The notes beneath the pieces are model-generated. The model made no database searches, had not been told where the DNA came from, and was given only the letters and a program-made list of their open reading frames with translations. From IMG/VR virus record IMGVR_UViG_3300009422_001976, positions 1-25,217 of that record: a DNA stretch of 25,217 bases, one strand, 5' to 3'. This stretch comes from a virus. Its lineage: Duplodnaviria; Caudoviricetes. Shown here one piece after another: positions 18,066 through 25,217 of the stretch; the first letter of the stretch is position 1, and each line of letters begins with the position of its first letter. A program made the position numbers and the translations under genes.

Positions 18066-18713
18066 ATGAATATTTTAATAATTGCAGCACACCCAGATGA
18101 TGCAGAGTTAGGTATGGGTGGTACTATCAGTAAGTTATCTAAAAATAATGATATAACTCTATGTATATTATGCAAAGGTAATAAACCTGGGAAAGAATAT
18201 GTAGAAAATAAAAGAATAAAAGCTTTACATAAAAATATAAAAACTTTAGGTATAAAAAAATTATATATTAATAATTTTGATGATGTTAGTTTAGATACCA
18301 TACCACATATAAAAATTACTTCCTACTTAAATGAAATCATTAATAAAGTTAAACCACAAATAGTTTTTACAAACCATGAAAACGATGTACATATTGACCA
18401 TTATACCCTATCAAAAGCAGTAAAAGTAAGCTGTAGACCGAGAAATAATAGTACAATTGAAGCTTTATATGAATTTCCGATACCAGGTAGTACGGAATGG
18501 TCATTTAAAAATGTAAATTATAATACTTTTATAGATATATCTAAACACTCAAAAAAGAAATATAAATGTATAAAAAGATATAAAACAGAAATTAATAACT
18601 TACCTGATCCTTTGAATGTAAATTTTATTAAATATAGAGATAATTATTTTGGTAGTATATCAGGTAATAAAAAAGCAGAACCATTTATTTGTATATATAA
18701 AAAAGATATTTAA
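18066..18713 (+). CDS. PIG-L/LmbE-family N-acetyl-sugar deacetylase
   Basis: IAAHPDDAELGMGGTI, R..AL, VFTNH..DVHIDH, AEPF. Confidence 0.92.
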   Translation: MNILIIAAHPDDAELGMGGTISKLSKNNDITLCILCKGNKPGKEYVENKRIKALHKNIKTLGIKKLYINNFDDVSLDTIPHIKITSYLNEIINKVKPQIVFTNHENDVHIDHYTLSKAVKVSCRPRNNSTIEALYEFPIPGSTEWSFKNVNYNTFIDISKHSKKKYKCIKRYKTEINNLPDPLNVNFIKYRDNYFGSISGNKKAEPFICIYKKDI

Positions 18714-19244
18714 ATGAAACCTATTTTAATGATCCATGAGTTTAAAGAAGATTTTTTAAACTTAAATTTAGAAGATTATATTTTAACATTCGATGATGGT
18801 TTATATACTCAATATCTATTTTTAGATGAGTTGTTAAAAATTAATACCGATAAATATTTTTTTATTAGTAGTGGTATAGTTTGTGAAGAAACTACAAAAC
18901 AAGATAATACTTATATAACTTCTTATAATGCTCACAAAAAAGCTTTTAAAGGTAATTTTACTAATTATATGAAATGGTCTCAAATAAAAGAAATTTTTAA
19001 TAAACCAAATTGTTATATCGGTTGCCATAGCCATTACCATAAATTGAAGACAGCTGATTGTGTTGAATGTATTATTGAAGATAATAAACAAATGCATTAT
19101 GAATTTATAAAAAATTTAGATTTTATACCTGATAATTTCTGTTTTCCATATAATTATGAAACCCCTCTTTATAAAGAAATATTAAACTTAAAAGGTTTTA
19201 AAAATTTTTACAGTGCTGAAAGGATTGATATAAATGATATATAA
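18714..19244 (+). CDS. Polysaccharide deacetylase (NodB/CE4-like)
   Basis: LTFDDG, YMKWSQIKE, IGCHSHYH, FCFPY. Confidence 0.88.
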   Translation: MKPILMIHEFKEDFLNLNLEDYILTFDDGLYTQYLFLDELLKINTDKYFFISSGIVCEETTKQDNTYITSYNAHKKAFKGNFTNYMKWSQIKEIFNKPNCYIGCHSHYHKLKTADCVECIIEDNKQMHYEFIKNLDFIPDNFCFPYNYETPLYKEILNLKGFKNFYSAERIDINDI

Positions 19245-19866
19245 AACAATTCATCAAAGTTGGTCTACTGAAATATTACCAGCAAAATATTTAAAAATAA
19301 AAATACAAAATAAAAAATTTTTTAAAGATTGGAACTATAAACTATGGACAGATGATGAAAATGATTTTTTTATAAAAAATAAATACCCATCCTTTTATAA
19401 AATATATAAAAATTACAATCATTATATTAATAGGGTTGATGCAGTTAGATATTTTTATCTTTATGAATATGGTGGTTTGTATTTAGATTTAGATATTATA
19501 ATTAAAAAGGATATTACTAAATTATTATCTAAAGGTAAGTGTTGTCTTTTTTCTCAAAAAGCTATAAATGATTATTTTTCAGTAAAAAAATATGAAAAAT
19601 ATATAGACCCTATGATTATGTATTCATCTCCAAAAAATAAATTTTTAGAAAAACTTATTAAAAAATTACATACTAATGGTAATAATAAGAAATATAATAA
19701 TGTATATGATAATATGGAAGTTGCAGGTCCTGCATTTTTAACAAAAAACTTTACAGTTGGTGATGATGTGGATGTTATTAGTGATAAAATAATAACTAAA
19801 AAAAATTTAAAATATTATGATGATGTTTATGGTATACATCTATGTGATAATAATTGGGTAAAATGA
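19234..19866 (+). CDS. GT32 (Och1/Sur1-like) DXD glycosyltransferase
   Basis: IHQSW, YKLWTDD, DAVRYFYLYEYGGLYLDLD, AGP.FLT, H....W. Confidence 0.9.
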   Translation: MIYKTIHQSWSTEILPAKYLKIKIQNKKFFKDWNYKLWTDDENDFFIKNKYPSFYKIYKNYNHYINRVDAVRYFYLYEYGGLYLDLDIIIKKDITKLLSKGKCCLFSQKAINDYFSVKKYEKYIDPMIMYSSPKNKFLEKLIKKLHTNGNNKKYNNVYDNMEVAGPAFLTKNFTVGDDVDVISDKIITKKNLKYYDDVYGIHLCDNNWVK

Positions 19867-20612
19867 AAAAAAGCGAAGAATTATATAATAAAATTAAAAT
19901 TACTGAAGATATGTTAGATTATAATGTAGCTAATATATTGATTGGTGATTTTAATAAAACTTATGACCCATATACTAAAATAAATAGAAAAAATTTAGCG
20001 TATGATGGAAAATACAAAAACACTATTTTAGGTATATATTTTAGACACCCTTATATATTAAAAAAATTATATGAACCAGGTTATTCAGGCCCTTTATTAA
20101 AAATATCAATTGATAAATATATTAAAAATAATTTAAATAGTTTAATACTACCAGATGATGATGAATTAGTAATTTATTTTAGATTAGGAGACCATGTTAT
20201 TAATTGGTATGGTGGAGAAATTACATATAAAAATAATATATTTTTTGATTATAAAAAACTTATAGATAAAAAAATAAAGAATAATAACTTTAAAAAAATA
20301 ACAATCGTAACTAATTTGGCTTTTTGTGGTACCAAAAAACATAAAAAAATTATAACTGATGATATTAAAAAAAGTTATTTTTATAAAATATTTCAAGAAA
20401 AAAATTCCTTTACTTTAAATAAAGCAAACTTAAATATTAATAGAAAAGTATTTATACCTATTTTAGATGAAATTACCAACTTATATAAAGATTATGAAAT
20501 TGATATTGTTTCAAATTATAATCCCGATTACGATATATGTTATTTGTATAAAAATGGTTTTTTAGGAGATTATAGAAACTCGTGGTATGGTATTTTTAAC
20601 TATAATGGTTAA
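19863..20612 (+). CDS. Second fucosyltransferase-like protein, paralogue of 17189-18031
   Basis: DELVIYFRLGDH, KITIVT, SNYNPDYDI. Start reassigned to the ATG at 19863 (ATGA overlap). Confidence 0.5.
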   Translation: MKKSEELYNKIKITEDMLDYNVANILIGDFNKTYDPYTKINRKNLAYDGKYKNTILGIYFRHPYILKKLYEPGYSGPLLKISIDKYIKNNLNSLILPDDDELVIYFRLGDHVINWYGGEITYKNNIFFDYKKLIDKKIKNNNFKKITIVTNLAFCGTKKHKKIITDDIKKSYFYKIFQEKNSFTLNKANLNINRKVFIPILDEITNLYKDYEIDIVSNYNPDYDICYLYKNGFLGDYRNSWYGIFNYNG

Positions 20613-20622
20613 ATAGATTATT

Positions 20623-20811
20623 ATGAATGAAGAAAATATTAAAAATATAACTGAGCAGTTTAATTCTTTTGATGAAGAAATTCAAAAATTTAATGAAAAG
20701 GGTGTTGCTGCTGCAGGTACAAGAGCAAGAAAAGCATTATTAGAAATAGCTAAACTAACAAAAGCTATTAGAAAAGATATACAAGATGTAAAGAATGCTG
20801 ATAAAGCATAA
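20623..20811 (+). CDS. Histone H1-like Hc1-family small protein
   Basis: KFNEKGVAAAGTRARKALLEIAKLTKAIRKDIQ matches the Hc1 signature (KGNKAAGTRARK). Confidence 0.8.
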   Translation: MNEENIKNITEQFNSFDEEIQKFNEKGVAAAGTRARKALLEIAKLTKAIRKDIQDVKNADKA

Positions 20812-20814
20812 ATA
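20809..20814 (+). promoter_or_regulatory. TAAATA late-promoter-like motif
   Basis: TAAATA-N5-GTG(20820). Confidence 0.5.
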
Positions 20815-20819
20815 ATAAT

Positions 20820-21251
20820 GTGATTACTTTTAAAAAATTCTTTGAGTCTAATAAACCTCTCGGTTTGATAGAAACTATAACATTTAAAGAATTGGGTCCC
20901 GTTGAAGCTAAGATTGATAGCGGCAACGGGGCTTATAATGTCTTGCATGGTATTAATATTCAAGACAATAGAGAACAGGTAACTTTTGAAACAGTTAATA
21001 ATAAAACCTTAACTAAACCTATTAAAGAATATATCGATATAAATGTAGGTTCAGGTCCAGATGGAGAGCCTACTATTGATAACCGTCCTGTTGTTGAATT
21101 TGATATTGAAATCGGTGGTAAGACCTATTCTAATACTAAATTCTCTATAGGTTCAAGAGAAGATAATGAATATAAGATACTCGTAGGTAAAGAGTTTATT
21201 GAACAACTTGGTGGTGTGATCGATGTAAGTAAAGAAGGTAATTTAGATTAA
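20820..21251 (+). CDS. Retropepsin-like aspartic protease (RimK-associated 'ATP-dependent zinc protease' family)
   Basis: VEAKIDSG, RPVVEFDIEIGG, FSI..R....YKILVGKEFI. Confidence 0.8.
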   Translation: MITFKKFFESNKPLGLIETITFKELGPVEAKIDSGNGAYNVLHGINIQDNREQVTFETVNNKTLTKPIKEYIDINVGSGPDGEPTIDNRPVVEFDIEIGGKTYSNTKFSIGSREDNEYKILVGKEFIEQLGGVIDVSKEGNLD

Positions 21252-22304
21252 TTATCTTAAACCAGTAGTTTCAAATACATCTCTTGCAACACCTGCTGAA
21301 AATCCTCCTTCAACACCTTTAACTATAACTGATATAGCATTATGACTATGTAGACTTTCATTATGAGATGCTACAATCTTAAAGTCTTTAATACGAGACT
21401 CACTACTAAGCTTTTCATACATTAAACGTACCGCATCTTCAACAAACTTTAGATTAGAACCATTTAGTTCAGCAAACGCTTGCTCATCTTCTCTCTTAAC
21501 CATAACTTGAGTCTCAGTTTGTAAAGCAGCTAAGCATAACTCTTGTATATCTTCTACCCATAACATATCGTCAAACTTAACACTAACTCTTGCAACACTT
21601 CGTTGACTATGAGGTACAGTAGCACGGTTACGATACTTCTCAGCATGCTCACTCAATTCAAAGCTACAAGGACATGCAGATGAATATACAAAGTCAAAGT
21701 GAATATACTTCTTAAATTCTCCATCCTTAGTTACATCACCTTCAAATACTACATCATAATATTGATAACCTTCTAACCCACTACGTAAACTAGTTTGCTT
21801 AATAGGATATGAAATTTTAAGCATAATTCTTGAGTCGAAGCATTTAAGATTCTCTCTATACGACTCTAATACATCTTTAATATTATTAATACTAAAAATA
21901 TCATCCTTATGGTCATAAAAACTTCTCATTATACGAGACATATTAATGCCTTTCTTATGAGCTTCTAAACTAACACTACCAGTTACACTAGTTTCAAGAT
22001 TAATGGTCTTACCATCTCTCTTCTTATATGTTAGAGGTAACTTAAAATTATGTATACCTACTTGTTGAATAGGTACTGCAGCCCCTTGAATTAAACTTGA
22101 TGGTCCATTCTGTAGGTCAGGTAGCGATGAAATATATTTTCTATCAGCTTTAACCTTATTATCATAAACTCTAATAGGTGGAAAATAACCCTTACTATAT
22201 TCTTCACCCATTAATTCTTTTGCAATAATATCTTTTTCACCAGTAAGTTCACTTTCACTTACATCATCACCTAACCACTCATAATTATTATTTTTATCGG
22301 ACAT
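21252..22304 (-). CDS. folE2: GTP cyclohydrolase IB (FolE2)
   Basis: LPDLQ, IQQVGI, KGINMSR, SACPCS, PHSQRS, VKREDEQ, KFVEDAVR, ESLHSHNA. Confidence 0.95.
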   Translation of the reverse strand: MSDKNNNYEWLGDDVSESELTGEKDIIAKELMGEEYSKGYFPPIRVYDNKVKADRKYISSLPDLQNGPSSLIQGAAVPIQQVGIHNFKLPLTYKKRDGKTINLETSVTGSVSLEAHKKGINMSRIMRSFYDHKDDIFSINNIKDVLESYRENLKCFDSRIMLKISYPIKQTSLRSGLEGYQYYDVVFEGDVTKDGEFKKYIHFDFVYSSACPCSFELSEHAEKYRNRATVPHSQRSVARVSVKFDDMLWVEDIQELCLAALQTETQVMVKREDEQAFAELNGSNLKFVEDAVRLMYEKLSSESRIKDFKIVASHNESLHSHNAISVIVKGVEGGFSAGVARDVFETTGLR

Positions 22305-22310
22305 ATATCT

Positions 22311-22338
22311 ATTATACCGTATAGATTAAATATTTCAA
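22311..22338 (-). promoter_or_regulatory. Sigma70-like promoter for folE2 (TTGAAA-N16-TATAAT-N6-ATG)
   Basis: -35 at 22333-22338 and -10 at 22311-22316 on the minus strand. Confidence 0.6.
22327..22332 (+). promoter_or_regulatory. TAAATA late-promoter-like motif
   Basis: TAAATA-N5-ATG(22338), nested in the spacer of the divergent folE2 promoter. Confidence 0.5.
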
Positions 22339-23506
22339 TGACCGATAAAGAATTATTTGAGAAAGTTGAAAAAAAATTTTTTCCTGAAAAAGCTATTAAA
22401 TTAGAAAGATTTAATAAAACAAAATTTCAAAAAGTTATTAACGAAATTAGAGGACCATCTTCTCCAGGACCTGTTAGTTCTGGTGTAGGTAGTTTTTTAA
22501 ATAGAGCTGCTGCAGCTATTCCTGGTACTAGAGGGTATAGAATGAGAAGTGCAGAAGCTAGAAAACAAGAAGCTTTAGCAAAGCAAGAAGAATTAAAAGC
22601 AAAAAAACAACAACAAGAATTAAAAGGTGGTGGTATACAAGGAAAATCTGAAATGAGCCCAGAATTGAAAAAAGTTTATATGGGTGATCTTAAATTTAAG
22701 AATGCATATGATAAATTAGCTAGAGGTGAACAGTTAACTTCAATTGAAGACGCAGATTATAAAAACGGTATGAAAAAGGTTATGCTGCAATAAAAGGTGT
22801 TGATATTGAAGCAGGTAAAGAAGCGGCTAAAAAAGAAATAGCTCAACAAACAGAAAAAACTTTTATAGATGGTACAAGTCAATCAGCTCCAGAAATTGGT
22901 AAATTTTTTACAGATCCAAAAAATAAAACAGATAAAGATATCTATATAAAATTTTTATTACAAGATGATAATTATGGTAAACCAACTGATGTTGAAATAG
23001 TAACTTTAGCTACAAATAAGTTAACACCAATATTTAAAAAGCATCCTAATGAAGTTAATTCCTTTATAAAATATATTAAATCACAAAGTCAAACAAAAGA
23101 TCCAAAAGTACATAAAATTCTTTTTGATAATATACCTGAAGGTATGAAAAGCCAGCAAAGACAACCAGGTTCTAAAAGAAGTCCAAAATTAAGTCCTAGA
23201 AATGTAATGGATAAATTAAAAGTTGCAGCATCACAAGCTGGTAGATCTTTAGAAGAACAAAGATCAGAAATGATTAGACAAGCTAACAGATTTAGAGATC
23301 AAATAGGTAAAGAAGTTAAAGGTACTAGTGGAGCAGCATATATTTTGCAAGATATAGATCAAGAAACTGGTATGATGACTTTAAAAGATAAGAATAATGT
23401 TAATCAATACAGATTTGCAAATCAATTACAGCAACCTACTCAAGAAGAATTACCTTTAGATTCAAGTGAAGAAAATTTTGAGGATATTATAAAAAGATAT
23501 AGATGA
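22338..23506 (+). CDS. Single hypothetical protein interrupted by a -1 frameshift at about 22761-22790 (joins ORFs 22338-22793 and 23144-23506)
   Basis: The frame of ORF 23144-23506 is open from 22763. Adding one A to the run at 22761-22765 gives continuous DADYKKRYEKGYAAIKGVDIEAG... Confidence 0.75.
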
Positions 23507-23537
23507 TTATCTCGTCCCTTCTCTCTTATCTAAAGAT

Positions 23538-23565
23538 ATTATAAAATTTTTTTTTCTAGAGTCAA
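23538..23565 (-). promoter_or_regulatory. Sigma70-like promoter TTGACT-N16-TATAAT pointing leftwards, with no ORF directly downstream
   Basis: AGTCAA at 23560-23565 and ATTATA at 23538-23543. Confidence 0.5.
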
Positions 23566-23584
23566 CTATTATTTTAAAAAAAAG

Positions 23585-23612
23585 TTGATTTTCATTAAAT
23601 TGTTATCATAAT
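23585..23612 (+). promoter_or_regulatory. Sigma70-like promoter for queD (TTGATT-N16-CATAAT-N6-ATG)
   Basis: -35 at 23585-23590, -10 at 23607-23612, ATG at 23619. Confidence 0.55.
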
Positions 23613-23618
23613 AATAGT

Positions 23619-24272
23619 ATGAGATATGTATCAACAAAAATTATACCGATGGGTAGTACAGCCTTTCGTCAGTGGAGAGCAGACAGTCATTGTAAATTAA
23701 TTCATGGCTATAGATTACAATGTAAGTTATGGTTTACAGCAGATGAATTAGATCAAAAGAATTGGATTTATGATTTTGGTGGTTGTAAAGAGATTAAAAA
23801 TCTTTTAGAGAAGCAATATGACCATACAACTGTAGTAGCTGCTGATGATCCAGAGTTAGATACATTTAAGTTAATGTCTGAAAAGGGTATGATTGATTTA
23901 CGTATTGCTGATAAAGGTGTTGGTATTGAAAGAACTGCTGAATGGGTATATGAAAATGCAAATAAGCTTGTAACCGAACAAACTAATAACCGTGTAAGAG
24001 TTATTAAAGTAGAAGTTTGGGAGCATGAAGGTAATAGTGCTATATATGAAGAATTATTGAATACAATTAAAGATGAAGGTCATCTTCAAAATGTAGATAC
24101 TGCTAAAAGTCTCCATGAACTAAAAGAACAGGAAATAGAAGCCTCAGCTATTATTAATGATGAAGTTAGAAATGAACCGGTAGAAGATCAAGGTCCGAAA
24201 ACACCTCCTCTATATAACCAAACATCAAAAGGTATTGGTAACCCGTTCGCTGGTACTTCATGGGGTAACTAG
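23619..24272 (+). CDS. queD: 6-carboxytetrahydropterin synthase / PTPS (QueD) with an acidic C-terminal extension
   Basis: SHCKLIHGY, WIYDFG..K, YDH, GIERTA, VEVWE...NSA.Y. Confidence 0.88.
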   Translation: MRYVSTKIIPMGSTAFRQWRADSHCKLIHGYRLQCKLWFTADELDQKNWIYDFGGCKEIKNLLEKQYDHTTVVAADDPELDTFKLMSEKGMIDLRIADKGVGIERTAEWVYENANKLVTEQTNNRVRVIKVEVWEHEGNSAIYEELLNTIKDEGHLQNVDTAKSLHELKEQEIEASAIINDEVRNEPVEDQGPKTPPLYNQTSKGIGNPFAGTSWGN

Positions 24273-24274
24273 TA

Positions 24275-24544
24275 ATGGATATAGGGGACGTTTATCAAAA
24301 TAATGTAAACAAAAACCCTGTTATACAAACTGGTATATCTAGCGGTATACCTTCTACTAGAGAACGTGACCCACAACAAGTTAAACTAGAACAGGATGTG
24401 TTTAGTAAGATGGTAGAGGTATCTCAACCTCAAGAACAGGGACAAAAAAAAGACCTACCTAATATTAATTTACAACAGGTAGGTCTTGCTCAAGCTATGA
24501 AAGAATTATTGGATAGTGTTGAGTCTTCCGACGATAAATCTTAA
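24275..24544 (+). CDS. Hypothetical Gln-rich protein
   Basis: 89-aa ORF starting 2 nt after the queD stop; its 3' end overlaps the convergent phoH. Confidence 0.6.
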   Translation: MDIGDVYQNNVNKNPVIQTGISSGIPSTRERDPQQVKLEQDVFSKMVEVSQPQEQGQKKDLPNINLQQVGLAQAMKELLDSVESSDDKS

Positions 24545-25216
24545 AATTTTACTTCTAACAATATCTTCTTCATCAAATTTAAACGTCGATATACCTTCAT
24601 CTTCACATACCGGGTCATTAAAAGCTTTTAATATGCTTTTAAACCCACTTTTTACACCGATATCAGCTTGCTGTGTATCTCCAACCACTAGATATTTACT
24701 ATCCTCACCAAAACGTGTTAAAATAGTAGTTAGTTCGGAATTTGTCATATTTTGCGCTTCATCAATAATAACGCAAGCATTTTTAAATGTAAGACCTCTT
24801 GTAAAGTTAACCGGTATACACTTAATATAACCTTTATTCATTAGATTACCACCAGCCCCTGCAGTTGTTATTTCTTCAAGTTTATCAATCAAAGGCATTG
24901 ACCATGGAGCAAATTTTTCTTCTAACTCACCTGGTAACGCACCCATACTTCTAGAAGCACTTTCAACAATAGACCTAATATAAATTATATTATCTATTTG
25001 TTTTCTATTTAGCATTTTTAATGCTGTTAATACAGCCAGATATGTTTTTGCTGTACCTGCTGGACCGTCGACCATACACATTCGGGTATCTTGATTTAAG
25101 GCTTTAACTAAAAAATCTACCTGATTTGGTGTCAATTTATAGTCTTCATTTATTTTGAAGTCTAAATCCCAATTTACATTTGGTTGTTCGACTGTACTAT
25201 CAGAGACTGAATCTAT
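24506..25216 (-). CDS. phoH: PhoH-family ATPase (5' end lies beyond the window)
   Basis: LTPNQ, GPAGTAKT, GALPGELEEK, RGLTF, IIDEAQN, LTRFG, GD..Q.D, DIVRS. The frame stays open from 25135 to the window edge. Confidence 0.95.
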   Translation of the reverse strand: MDSVSDSTVEQPNVNWDLDFKINEDYKLTPNQVDFLVKALNQDTRMCMVDGPAGTAKTYLAVLTALKMLNRKQIDNIIYIRSIVESASRSMGALPGELEEKFAPWSMPLIDKLEEITTAGAGGNLMNKGYIKCIPVNFTRGLTFKNACVIIDEAQNMTNSELTTILTRFGEDSKYLVVGDTQQADIGVKSGFKSILKAFNDPVCEDEGISTFKFDEEDIVRSKILRFIVGRLNTIQ

Positions 25217-25217
25217 A

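Noticed and set aside
15031-19862. Track start codons at 15031, 16522 and 19854
   Set aside because: Downstream ATGs (15085, 16591, 19863) couple better to upstream stops and begin at the recognisable domain boundaries.
3005-20612. Bacterial chromosomal O-antigen or capsule locus
   Set aside because: No flippase, polymerase, ABC exporter or other membrane proteins, and both flanks carry phage-type genes and late-promoter-like motifs.
105-24830. Shadow ORFs in the track (105-341, 2534-2821, 3668-3955, 4028-4216, 4878-5081, 7484-7744, 8130-8381, 8595-8834, 8921-9154, 12198-12407, 16253-16435, 18044-18301, 18834-19097, 20184-20396, 20682-20963, 24516-24830)
   Set aside because: They lie antisense or out of frame within well-supported genes and have the Ile/Phe/Leu-rich composition typical of AT-rich shadow frames.
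1-25217. Stop-codon reassignment (alternative genetic code)
   Set aside because: Genes are intact under code 11, and TAA, TGA and TAG all terminate genes at tight junctions.
1-25217. CRISPR array, tRNA/rRNA, integrase, transposase or intron/intein
   Set aside because: No spaced direct repeats, cloverleaf-like GC stems or such protein motifs seen; intergenic gaps are nearly all short.

Overview
AT-rich fragment of a large lytic dsDNA phage genome, T4-like by gene content (phoH, folE2, queD, Hc1-like protein, small basic head-type proteins, TAAATA late-promoter-like motifs). The core is a tightly packed plus-strand run (1402-17178). It opens with a Gly/Ser/Thr-rich virion-fibre-like protein and a chaperone-like protein. 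It then encodes nine radical SAM enzymes (seven are paralogues sharing a C-terminal FxGWxC...C...Cx4C Fe-S module), a U32-family Fe-S protein, a split and truncated transketolase, two glycosyltransferases and an NAD-dependent epimerase. A second glycan block follows (17189-20612): two fucosyltransferase-like paralogues, PIG-L and NodB deacetylases and a GT32. Two promoter architectures are visible: TAAATA-N5-start before structural-type genes and the head of the radical SAM run, and TTGAnn-N16-(T/C)ATAAT-N6-ATG before folE2 and queD. The main hypothesis is a late-expressed phage radical-SAM/glycosylation assembly line that decorates a virion protein. All family calls come from motif recognition only; no searches were run.
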